A DNA stretch of 64,000 nt from Selaginella moellendorffii (lineage: Eukaryota; Plantae; Lycopodiophyta), in NCBI RefSeq assembly GCF_000143415.4, contig NW_003314323.1, forward strand, positions 748,499 to 812,498. The letters run 5' to 3'. The notes under the pieces are model-generated. The model was not told the DNA's origin. It saw only the letters and a list, made by a program, of their open reading frames with translations, and searched no databases. The position numbers were made by a program, and so were the translations under genes. Of this stretch, positions 49,978 through 61,620 are shown piece by piece; positions within the stretch are counted from its first letter, which is position 1, and each line of letters begins with the position of its first letter.

Positions 49978-52900
49978 TTAAGAAAAGGCATTAACATCAG
50001 TCATAAAACTCTTCAGTCGATCAACAACATCAAAATCATATATCTGAAACTTCAAAACCCACCAAACAATACAATCAATCAAGTTCTTCCGCTTCAATAA
50101 TGAAGTAATAGCAGCATAATCACTTTCAAATAACGTCCGAGAACCATGTAGATATCCATGAAGTTTCTCAAAACCCCAAACTGCTGCTAAACACTCTTTC
50201 TCTGTTGTGGAGTAGTTCACCTCCACTAGTTGTAATGTACGGTTTATATATGCAATGGGATGGCACTGACCAGGCACACTCACCTTCAAGACCAATAACA
50301 AAAGCATCAATGCGCAAAATAAAAGGTCAAGTGTAGTCAAGATATACCAAAACTAGAGGAGTCGTCAATAGCTCTTTGAGATCCACGAATGCCCACTCAC
50401 AATCCGGAAACTAGATGAAAGATGACATTGATGACTTCAGCAGCACTCGCAATGATGTAGTGTGATTAGAAAGGTGATCCACAAAATGGCCGAGATACTG
50501 CACCTTGACTAGGAAGTGTTGCATATCATTTACACACTTCAGAATAGGGAACTTTAGAATAGTTACAAGTTTATTAAAATCAACTTGTAAACCCTCACAG
50601 GAAATATGGTACCCAAGATAAATTGTGTCCTTAGACCCAAACACGCACTTCGACTGCTTTAGCTTTAAACCAACATCTCGTGGCCGATCCAACACTTTAC
50701 AAACATCACAAATGTGCTCTTTCCACATCCCCTCTGAATGGATTAAGACATCATCAATGAAATCAATAATCACCTTTGGCATATCGCAAAGAATTTCGTC
50801 TATCATCCACTGGAAAGTTGCTAAAGCATTGTTCAAACCAAACGGCATCACCAAGAACTAGTACAAACCAAATAGTGTATAAAAAGTAGTCTTAGGAATA
50901 TTTTCTTTGGCTATCGGTACTTGCCAATACCCAAAAGCAAGATTTAGATTGGTGAACTAATGATTTCGCCCCAGACGATTGAAGAGATCAACAATATGAA
51001 GAAGAGGGTACACATATGGGATTATCACTTTGTTTAACAAACGATAATCGATGCAAAAATGAATACTCCCATCAAGCTTCATCACAAGATGAAGTTCACA
51101 CGCCCAAGGACTTCACAACTTTCGAATAACACCCTTCTCCAACATTTCCTTGATATTTGCACGTAAAATTTTGATCTCTTTGGGTGACCAACGACAAACA
51201 GAAACCTTGATTGGACAAGCATCCCTGTTTGGAACCGAATGACATGTGGCAATCTTGGCCCTAAACGATAGATCAATTTCAAAGAGATCAAAATACTCCT
51301 TCATGAGCCGGTCAACTGCTGCAACACAAATATTGTCGAAGGGATCGAAAAAGGGAAGAGCAGAACAAGATGGAAACATAGGAGGAAGTAGTGAGGGGAC
51401 AAAAGTAATAGAAACAGAGGTAAAAGCAAAGGGACAAAGAGGTACGGAAGTGAGAGGAATGGATGAAATATATAAAGAAGTATGAGATAAGGGGGAGAAG
51501 CCTCAAAGTCACATTTGGCATGATTACACTACAACTAATCTATACCAAAGATGAAGTCAAAAGCCCTACTCAGCACCACCCACAATGATTGTAACCCAAG
51601 CTGAAAATTGCCCACACGCACAACTAAGTTTGCCTCATCCCATGTACATGTATATGTATGGCCGTTGCTATAAAAATGAAAACTGGCTCCACCACACGAC
51701 ACAAGTGTAGAAAACAACATGTGGCAAAAAATTGAGCAATAGAAAATAAACTCAAACATATATCAACCAATACAGACAAAATAATAGGAGACCACTTGTT
51801 ATAAAAACAAGCTTGGAAAGTAAACACTGGATGAATTGGTGCCGAGTGAACCCCTTGATGATACTCCCGAAAAAAAGATGGAAGGGTCATTGACTTATTC
51901 ATGCAAAGTCCCTCTATTACTCGTGTGACTCTTTGTTTCCTAAATGCATCTCGATGTCCAGATCTTCCACTGCAACAGCACCAACAGGACGTTGTTGATG
52001 CCAAAGTCTCCACCTAGGAAATGATGGCCGCCAATCTGGAAAATGCAGATAACACTGATAAATATGACCAACTTCATCACATGCCCAGCAATGAACATCA
52101 CAGCCATGACCACGGCCTCGCCTTTGTCCTTGGACTTGAGCAGCAACAGCATCAACCTCCATTGGAATAGGACCATCACTCATAGGAAGTGGAGCTGAAA
52201 GACATGCAACGAGAAGTGGAAGAGGTGACGTCTCATAACGTTGTGCCAAGCGAAGAGCATCGTCAAAGGTGGCAAGAGCAATTGCATGCATAAGTCCGAC
52301 AAGATCTTGATGAAGTGTTGGCCACAACATTCTTAGCTCAAGCCACTCTGATATATTTGGCTCCGCACGAAGCAAGAAGTTTCGGAAACGAATGCCAAAT
52401 TGCATCACCGACTCAAATGACCCTTGACGAAGACGATGCAATTGTTAGAAGGCATCATCACAATCATTGGCATGTCCAAATGTAGGTTTGAAGACGTCTG
52501 AGAGAACACTCCAATCCCCACGAGTGGCTATGCTCAAACCATTATACCAATGCAATGCTGTCCTTTGGAGACACGTGGGAAACTTACACAAACATCAAGC
52601 ATCATCCCAAGAATGATATGTGGCAATCACCGTGAAGTGATCAAACCAATGGTACACATCATCCCTGGCATTCATGGCACGTGGTACAACTCCTCTTGCT
52701 CTTGGTGCCAATCCTCGCATTTGGCCGGAATTCTTTCGCGGGAATCCTACCATTAACTAAGTTTAGTTATTCAATTGCAATCGCATAGCATCAAACAATT
52801 GTATTAACTGCTGCTCCAAAGTCAAAGGAGCAGGAGATTGCTAATCTGCCATGAAAATGAATGAAATGGAAGAGCAAAAGAAGAGAAATGGAAAAAAGCT

Positions 52901-53247
52901 AGAAAGAAAGGGAGATCTAAACAATGCAAAAAGCTAGATTTAAACCAAAATCTTAAAAGGAAAGAACAAAAGAAAGGAAATGGAAAAAGCTAAATCCAAA
53001 GGATGCAAAAGCTAAATCTAAACCAAAATCCCAAATCCAAGCACTCCTCAGAGACAATTAAAAGTGCCCCTTAACACCACCAATGTGAGTGCATGGAATT
53101 ATAGAAAGGGAATATTGAAAATGTGCATATCAATTAACCTAAAAACCTTCACTTATATATAAGAACAAATGGTCCAGATTGAAACCAATCCGACAGTTAC
53201 CAAAATCCCATTATACTAATATTAAAATCTGACATAATAGCCATACA
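49978..53247 (-). mobile_element. Degenerate Ty3/Gypsy retrotransposon 5' portion: LTR (53084-53247), gag, protease, RT, RNase H; integrase missing
   Basis: LTR TGT...ACA followed by TTGGTGG (PBS-like); gag LRQGSFESV, PMEVD, CWACDEVGHIYQC knuckle; RT VMPFGLNNALATFQ and FIDDVLI; RNase H NYSTTEKECLAAVWG. Many stops. Confidence 0.9.
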
Positions 53248-53274
53248 CTTGGACCTCACATTTCTTTTTCCTTT

Positions 53275-54456
53275 TTTTTTGGTTTGTTTCACAAGAGGTG
53301 GTGGCAGCAATGACTCACACATTCGAGTGGGACCAAAGCCTTGTTGTACCTCTGGAGTGCTGGGTTCAAAGGAGCTCACTCATTTATCAGTACAGGCCTT
53401 GCGAGGTTTCATACTTGATGGACTTTAAGGATGCAAGCTTGTAGATTGGCCGTCTGATCTACATTGCAGCATGACCATGTCGAGCTCCAGATGCTGTGCT
53501 CGACAAGCAAGTCGATCGTGGAGCACGCACAGTCAGTGACAGTGGGAAGCAGCGACGAGTGCCAGCTCTACTGTGCCGCCCCTGCCGTTTTCGGCAAGGA
53601 TTTTAGCGGCCATTTCGTGCAGCTGTGCAGGAACGTCCAGTGGGAGCCGGATGGGGTCCCTTGCTCGCAATCTGAGCTTGGAGAAATAAGGGAGCTGGCA
53701 TGGAGAGGGCTGATTCTAGTCTTCAACTTCCAGCACAGAGTTCTGGAGCATTACTTTGATGATGGCCATAAACAAATGAGTATTGTGCTGTTCGGTGCCA
53801 TGGTCGTCTACATTGTTCACATATGCACACTCTTTTCGTTGGAATGTGTTTCTGATTTGTTTCCTTTTTTCTTGTGTGTTGTTTTGCACAGCTGATATTT
53901 GAGGATCACTTGGCTCTAGACATTGATCACAAAGCGTCACAAGAATGTGAGTGACATGAATTATCTATCTTTGCTTTGTGGAAGTATTTACTAAAGCTGT
54001 TTATGTAGGGATGGTGGCTCTAAATAGTCACCCAAACCTTGATACAATCTGGAGCACAAGAGGCATTTTTATTGCATCAGATGCGACTAAGAAGAGATGT
54101 CTAACTCTTGAGAAGTTGATAAACTCTCCCAAAATACAGGGGGCCCTGGGAGCCAGCGCTGATGAAATAGGTGATGCTATGGTCAAGGCGATTGCAGTTG
54201 GTGGTACATATTATGATTGGGAACACAAAGAGTTGTGGTTTAAAATGGCAAAAATATTTAGATGGAGTTATGAGAGGCTCACTGCATATATTATAACATA
54301 TGCAATTTTCAAAGGAATAATTTAAGAAGTGCATGGATCAGCACGTCATTGACCTCAGGCCTTTAAAATACAGCCAAGGGTTAGGGTTTTAGCAGGGACA
54401 ACCCATTGCTGGAAATATGGCGCGATCTACCGGGAATGCTTTTCTTTGCTTATGGC
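53275..54456 (+). pseudogene. Unknown gene copy 3 (internal fragment ~16395-17576), cut on its right by the DNA-transposon-like element
   Basis: Identity to copy 1 ends abruptly after TTTCTTTGCTTATGGC. Confidence 0.85.
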
Positions 54457-55529
54457 GGGGATGGTCTAAAGTTGAGTTGAGCTCAATTCAGCTCAAGTCA
54501 ATGCTAGTCAACATAGTCAACCATAAGTTTTATAAGGAAATATTAAGTCAGAAAAATGTTATTCTTTGGTGAACTTGAAATTTATGAGTTTAAGTATCAA
54601 TGGTTCAGAGAGATTTTTATTTTTTGAATCTTTCTATACAATTTCTAGAATTAGAAGTTCGTCTGAACCCATAGAAATTTTTGGGCTTTATTGGTCCCAA
54701 ATAAAATGGGAATATTGAAGTTCGAATGAACCAGAAAATTTCTATTGTCCATTTCAACATTTTAACATTTCAACAATTGACCAGAAATATATAAATAATT
54801 CGAAACACTAATTCACTCGTTCATTCTTTAGGGTTTACAGAGATGGGAAGCAAGGAAGACAAAAAATCTGTAAGTAGTTCTAGCATACAGAAATGTGAGA
54901 ATGTGAATTTTGTTTCACTACCACAATCTCCATATTACACGCTTGGTCCTTATTACCCATCCGGAAATGTGGAGACCATTGTCACTATTGATAAAAATGC
55001 TCCTATTACTTCCGAAACAACAATCCAGAGCAAGAGAAAAGAAGAAATGGACAGCACAGTGGAAAGCACTAATAAATCCACTCTATAAACCTTTCAATGG
55101 CTTTTGTAATCCACTAAAATATTATAAAAAAATGTAAGTTTTTTATATATATCTTATTCCTTTTGATATGTTTTGTCTTTCCAAAGATATATGATGTAGA
55201 CAAATCAAAGAATTAAATCTATATATGATTTTGGGATTGAAAGGTAATCTTGCAAAAAGGCATACTCGCGTGCTTGTGTATATTCGCTATTATTATATAT
55301 GGCAGGCCAACTATATAAAATAAGGCTACATATTAATTATATGCTAGTTTTTAGCTTCTGAAACCCTATAGCCACTTGTTTCTCATAGTAGGTTGTAATT
55401 ACTAAGACTGACAATTATCATTCACTATAGTGTCATGTCATAATAAAACATCATTCCCGAGATTGAAATATAGTATATTAATGAGAGAATTCTTATTGCT
55501 AGGAAGTTTAATTCTTCTTGTGTGTTGCA

Positions 55530-56084
55530 ATGGTTAGGAAGAAGTTTACTTTTGGTCCCGAAGGCCTCTCATATGAGTCTCCACCTCCATCTCCAATCTC
55601 AACCAATAATCCACCTTCACCTCTACGCAACAATCCTCCTTTTCATTTTGAGGGTTGTTGTGAGGCTCTTCCATTTGCGACCTCGAGTGCAACTGAACAA
55701 AAACTCCTTCCTTATGATGTTGTTAAAAAAGTTGGATTGCCTCCAATGCTTCAAGAGCGATGTCAATATTTTCTTCAAGATCTTGCTCCAGATATGGCAG
55801 GGGAGCTTAATGTAGATACATATTATCTTCAGTGTCCTATATGCAACTTTTATTTAAACAAGACAGATGGTTGCATGGGTTTGGTAAATTTTATTGAGCA
55901 TTGTCGCAAATGCCCAAGAGCGGGTTTGGAAGGTGTGCACGCGTGGATGTATAAGAAAATCAAGAAAGAATTAAAAACACACAGCTATTATGATTTCATG
56001 GTGGAGAACAATATTCCATTGGTGAACACTGCATCAGTAAGTGCTAAATATGGGATATTTAGGCCACCCTTTAATGTAATGTGA
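55530..56084 (+). CDS. Small Pro-rich protein with C2H2-type zf-XS-like zinc finger, copy A (intact, 184 aa)
   Basis: YLQCPICNFYLNKTDGCMGLVNFIEHCRKCPRAGLEGVHAWMYKKIKKEL; ATG at 55530; a paralog follows in tandem. Confidence 0.6.
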   Translation: MVRKKFTFGPEGLSYESPPPSPISTNNPPSPLRNNPPFHFEGCCEALPFATSSATEQKLLPYDVVKKVGLPPMLQERCQYFLQDLAPDMAGELNVDTYYLQCPICNFYLNKTDGCMGLVNFIEHCRKCPRAGLEGVHAWMYKKIKKELKTHSYYDFMVENNIPLVNTASVSAKYGIFRPPFNVM

Positions 56085-56342
56085 AAGTCATGCATAGTTT
56101 TTTCAAAAGGTTAATTCTTTATGAGTAAAGTGGAGAATCTTATATTTTCAAGAATGATATTATTCTAGCATGTATAAAGATATTATTATATATACAAGTG
56201 GTTCTGACACTGTTATAATTCTGAAGTCCCATTTTTGAGACTGATAATTTAAACTTTCAAGAACCCCTAGATCTTTTCTTAATATAAATACCAACAAGGG
56301 ATGCTTTCAACATTGAAATTTCAGTTTGTTTAGAGTGTAGGA

Positions 56343-56891
56343 ATGGCTAGGGAAAATGCTATTGCTACTCGCACTTGACCCCCATGCATCTCATATGAGT
56401 CTCCACCTCCGTCTCCAACTTCTACCAACATTCCACCCTTCCCTCCATACATCAATCGTTGTGAGGCCTTTTCTTTTGTAGCCCCAAGTGTGACTGAACA
56501 AGAGATCCCTCTTCCAGATAATGTTCTAGATGTTGCTACTAAAGATGGATTGCCTCATGTGCTTCAAGAGCGATGCCAAATGTTTCTTCAAGATCTTGCT
56601 CCTGATATGGTTGAAACTTTTGAAAGAATGAACACATATTATCTCCAGTGTCCTATCTGCTACTTTTATTTAGATAAAACGGAAGGCTGTATGGGTCTAG
56701 AAACTTTTCTAGAACACTGTCACAACTGCCCAAGAACTGGTGTGGAAGGTGTGCATAAATGGATGTATAAGAAAATCAAGAAAGAGTTAAGAACACACAA
56801 TCATTATCATTTCATGGTGAGAAACAATATTCCGTTAGTAAATCCTACACCCACAAGTGCTGAATATGGTATTTTTAGGCCATCCTACTGA
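56343..56891 (+). pseudogene. zf-XS-like zinc-finger paralog copy B with premature TGA at codon 12
   Basis: ATG 56343 is in frame with YESPPPSP and QCPICYFYLDKTEGCMGLETFLEHCHNCPRTGVEGVHKWMYKKIKKEL; TGA at 56376-56378. Confidence 0.6.
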
Positions 56892-57322
56892 AAATTCCAG
56901 CCACTAATAATTCTTACACTATGATATTATTCATCCCCCCCCACCCCCCCCCCCCCTCTCGCCTTTTTTTTTTTAACAAAATTGTATTACCTATAGATAA
57001 TAAACTGATAATACTAGTAATTATGAATTTTGACAGACTGACACTGTAACTTTGTCATCTCTGACACTAACACTGTCTCTATCACTGACACTATCACTGT
57101 CGCTATCTGCTACACTGACACTGTCAGTGTCACAATCATTATCACATTGACATGTGACACATCTTTCTCATTGCATTCAATTGTCTTTTAATGTATCATT
57201 AATAAATAGATTTTTCATACCACTCCTCAATTTACATATTGCATATGATGTGCCATGCATACCTAGGAAGACTTCTAGAAAACTAAATATATATTATTTA
57301 TAAGTTTTTAAAACATCATAAA

Positions 57323-60300
57323 TTACCTCCTAGAAGCAACTGATAGAGAAGGACGAAAACCTCGAAGATGGCATTTGAAGAACTCATGTTCTTCAATCGC
57401 AAACACCGATCTACCAGAGTCACGTGCTGCTTCGACCATCGAACCACTACCTGCTGTGCAATCGATGACAACACCTCTAGTTGGGCAATAAAGCTCAAGT
57501 AGGACATGCATCGCCGATGGAGATCGGAACCGATACCCAGACAATGTGTTGCGGATGTCGTCGTCTATGAGATTTGGTATGATGTCAGTAAAGCTGTCAT
57601 ACCCTGGCAAAACCCTTGCAGCACGCTCGCTATCACGAAAACCGTCATTTTCTTTTCTGCAAAACACATGGTAGGTCCACATCATAACCTGAATAATAAA
57701 ACTTTAGAGACAACCAAAACAAAAAATGATTTCTTACCTTCTCTGGCATGCCTAGGACACCTTTGGTCTCGACCCCAACACTATCCATGATGCATCCGGA
57801 AGAGAACCTCTTGAAGTTGACTCGACTTGCATACCTCATAAGGCAGGACATCCAATGGGGGTCATTCGGGAGAATGAAGGCAACTTGACCGGTTGTGTGA
57901 AGGAGAATTGCTGCCAAAAGGAATGCATCCTTCAAGTGGTCTTTAGTCAGGTTGTTCCAGCTTGGGACATCACCATTAGCGTCTGGAAGACCATCTGGCA
58001 TGTCAAAGAGCATGAAGTTTGTGCTCTTGAGCGGTCGCCTATGGATCTTCTGACAAAAGCGCTCCCACTTTTGCTGGATAGCCATATTCTCAACATCCTC
58101 CTCAAAAGATGCCATCAATGAACTATAGGAGCCAATAAAGATCCCAACTTCACCACGGAATGCCACTGGAGATACAGGGCGAATCTAGGGGGAGAAGACA
58201 AAGATAAGATGTGAATTTAAAAAAAATTTACATACCGTCATGTGGCGTGTGGTAGATGTAAGTTCCTCCAAGTCCTCTTCTCGAGCATCAAGACGAGCTG
58301 GAATGAAGTTACTCCCGACAGTTTTTGCTGCAACCATTTGAGGAACTAAGAAAAGGAGAGAATAAAAAGAAATATACCTTGAGAAGTTCCTCGGTTACGG
58401 GGACGTCTTGGACGATCATCATCACTGTTGACTAATTCCTCCAGATGTGGATTTGCTCGCTTTCGTCGAGGTAGAACTTCTTGGACGTTCTGGTTCTCTT
58501 GCTCGACTTCGTCTCGAAGAATCTCGTTCTCACCGCCATCTTCACTCTGCTCGCCATTGGCACCAACAGGGTCGACATTCTCATGGCCATCATCTTCGTC
58601 ATCATTGTTGCCTCTTGCAGCCTCATGGTGGGTTGGTTCATAATCTGGCATCTCCAATTCCCAAGGACAAGCGCGCTTTATTGCTGCTGGAAACTTCATT
58701 GTTGTCGGGTACATGCCTCCATCTCTCACACCATGCCTTAGGAGGCGTGTGCATACCGGTGTTTCGAGAGGAACGCTTCTATATTGGAGATACCTATAAT
58801 AGAATATAAACAATTGAGTATAGTTGAGAAATTGTATGTTACCTGAAAGCCGCTCGACGCATGAAGTAAGGTTGGCCAAGTTGTTTATCAAATGGAGTCG
58901 TGCTTGTGGCCTTCTTTGGCAGCCAGTCCTCTCCAAGTTTTGTAAGCTCAATGGTGACGAAGTCCTTAAATGGAAGTTGCTCAGGATCATCCCCTATGAA
59001 AGGCGCTAGAAACATCTCCCCTTCATATACAGTTTGTGAAATGTAGACGGTCCTCCTCATCACAGTCTCCATCATACTGTCCAAACCTTTTTCTCCTTCC
59101 CTGAGTCTACTATTGAGGTCATTCAGAATGTGTATCTGTTCCTCATATGTAAGCTTTGACTTTGAGATGTTGTAAATAATCTCATCTGGAGTCTTGCCCA
59201 CTAAAAAATAACTTTTGTGAGAACCTTCATGTAAATATAAACAATACTTACTTTCATAACAAGCAATCTCTGTTATAATATCGAACCACTCCTTTGGGCG
59301 TCGAGGGTCAGCCACACTAAGTAATTTCTTTACCTTTGTCTTCTTTGTGCTGTTGATTTTCTTGTCAATTGCAGCTAAATGCTCTGAGAGTTCTTGATCA
59401 TTTTCAGCTCGATGCGACTGTGCATATGCATCTTGCTTAACCTTCACCAATGGCTGAAGACAACACAAACATTCTATGATAAGAAGTATACTTAAAAGAA
59501 CATACCTTACTCCACACAGCTGTCATAAAAGCCACTGGATTCTTGTACCATCTATTGGCATCCTGACGACCTCGTTGATGTCGAATAAGTGATGCTAAAT
59601 CATCACCATAGTGGCTGCGGACTGCATCCTCGTCGAGATTGGCAAGAAACCGGATCTGCTCGATATCATGTACTAGGCTTTGTTTCTGCACTGCAAACTG
59701 TCCCAATCTGCAAAACATAAATTGTTAGAAGTGATTGAAGAAGGAGAGGTACTTACGCATTAATTTTGTGGCAAGCTATCACAAGCCTTGCCAAATCTAG
59801 AGATCCTCTCGCGTGTACATGTCCAACCGGAACATTGATGTGATAGATAGGATCGTCTCGGAAGCATTCTCGGATGCACTTCATCCACGCACACCAGCGA
59901 TGATTCCCGTCGATAATGTAGAACATTTTCCCCACAAATTGTTGAGTCTCAGGATGGCTCATAAGCTTGTTGTCAAATTCGCGGGACTTCATTTTCCAAA
60001 TGTCATCCCAATCCCTCTCGATTTCCGGTGACACCGAGAGGGTATTTGTCGTTCCTGGCTTGAAAACCGAAACAAGGAACATACCTATGTTTGTCCCAAG
60101 GCCATTCTGTTTGTACAGACTATAGATGTCCATGTTGACGAAGTGCGGTGAAGCAGACCGAACGATGCTTGTCTGAGTGAATCGACATAGTGGGATTTCT
60201 CGGATCATGTGCCCCGGGCCTTCCCACTTGAGAGACTCCAGAGTCGTGTGAATGGCCTTCTCTTTAGTTCTCAAAATTGTCTCTTGGAAGCGCTTGTCGA

Positions 60301-61537
60301 CAATGTGTTCAGGTAGCTCCACTTCTCTTTCAGCTTCAGCTACACCTCCAGTAGCACCATTATCAGATCTAGCCCCCGACTCGGGCCCAACACCGCCATC
60401 AGGCGCACTTGGGCACTGCTCCGTTTCTGCCATATTTTGTGAATATGTTAAGAGTAGTGGCATTTGTGGTTGTGGCAGCAATGGTGGTGATGACAATGGT
60501 TGCGTTGGTGGTGGTGATGACAATGGTTGTGCTGGTGGTGGTGATGATGGTGGCAGTGGTGGTGGTAATGGTGGTGATGACGGTGGTGGTGGTAATGGTG
60601 GTGATGACAGTGGTGGTAATGGTGGTGATGAAGGTAAAGGTGGCGGTGGTGGTAATGGTGGTGGCGGTGGTGGCGGTGGTAATGGTGGTGGTGGCATCGA
60701 TGGCGGTGGTGGGGGTGCATGTGGACTGGAGCTATGTGGTTGGGAAGACGGTAGAGTTGTCGCTGTGGAAATCTCTATCTGAAGGTCAACTTGATTGTCA
60801 TCCTGGATCTCATCTTCCTCATGTCTTCTCTTTGATCCAACATCCCTCTCCTTTTGTAGTTGCTTCCGTTTCTGAAAATAAAAAAAACTCATTATAAATT
60901 ATAAATGCATAAGAAGAGGGGAACAGGGCGTGGGCTCGGTGCACGCCTCCCCCAAGCACCTTGGCCGGCCCGCGCCAAGACTGCCCGCGAGCCGGCCTTG
61001 GCGCTTGGAGGTGGGCCGGTTCGCTGGCGTACCGGCCCTCGTGGGCATTTGGCGCAAGCACTTGGCGCCTTTGCCAGCCAAGCGCCTTGGCCAGCCTGCG
61101 TGGACTTGGCCGGCCCAGGCGGAGTGCCCAGCCAAATGCCCGGCCTGGGCACTTGGCAGCGGCGGTGCTGGGCAGCAGTGGCCCTAGGCAGTGCGGCGCT
61201 GGCGTGGCGTGGCGTCGGCACGGCAGCAGCGGCAGGCAGCGGCGGCATGGCAGCGGCGGTGCTGGGCAGTGGCGGCACGGACAGCGGCGGCATGGCAGTG
61301 GCGGTGCTGGGCAGGCAGCACTGCGCTGGGCGTGGCATGGCAGTGGGCAGCGCTCGGCAGCCCTGGGCAGTGGCGGTGCTGAGCATGGCATGGTGTGTGC
61401 AACGTGGCGGCGCAGAGCATGGCGTGGGCCCGGGGGTCCTGGGCCCAGGGGCCCTGGGCCCGGCGGCGCTGGCCGGGGAGGAGAGGGAGTGGAGGAGAGG
61501 GAGTGGAGAAGGAGGAAAAACTTACTCTTGGCGGCAT
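57323..61537 (-). CDS. ParB/Srx-like domain plus beta-class N4C/N6A DNA amino-methyltransferase fusion, 8 exons, 1092 aa
   Basis: Exons 61537-61526, 60871-59757, 59707-59506, 59453-58843, 58793-58378, 58345-58236, 58184-57738, 57688-57323 all have GT-AG ends and compatible phases. Motifs: MPPRKRK NLS, poly-Pro, FYIIDGNHRWCAW, FMLFDMPDG, RSPSAMHVLLELYCPTRGVVIDCTAGSGSMVEAARDSGRSVFAIE. Confidence 0.8.
60470..60715. repeat. (GGT/ACC)n low-complexity tract encoding poly-proline in the ParB-MTase
   Basis: Directly visible; explains the overlapping poly-G/V/H ORFs. Confidence 0.9.
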
Positions 61538-61580
61538 TCTGTTCCCGCAGTCACTCTCAATCTCCCGCGATACTTCCTGT

Positions 61581-61620
61581 AAAACCCTAACGCCGGCGGC
61601 TGCCCTAACCCTAACCTAAC
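61581..61620. promoter_or_regulatory. Telo-box and telomere-like repeats just upstream of the ParB-MTase ATG
   Basis: AAAACCCTAA at 61581-61590; CCCTAACCCTAACCTAAC at ~61603-61620. Confidence 0.5.

Noticed and set aside
27880-53247. Idea that the integrase+3'LTR (+, 27.9-29.6 kb) and 5'LTR-gag-RT-RH (-, 50.0-53.2 kb) are one element split by an inversion
   Set aside because: The parts are complementary, but the LTRs are clearly diverged and the flanks do not form a TSD (CCAAG versus ATATT). Two truncated members of one family are more likely.
60252-61619. Many overlapping long ORFs (poly-G, poly-V, poly-H and Ala/Gly/Arg-rich)
   Set aside because: They are artefacts of the (GGT)n tract and the GC-rich intron. 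Only the poly-Pro frame splices into the ParB-MTase.
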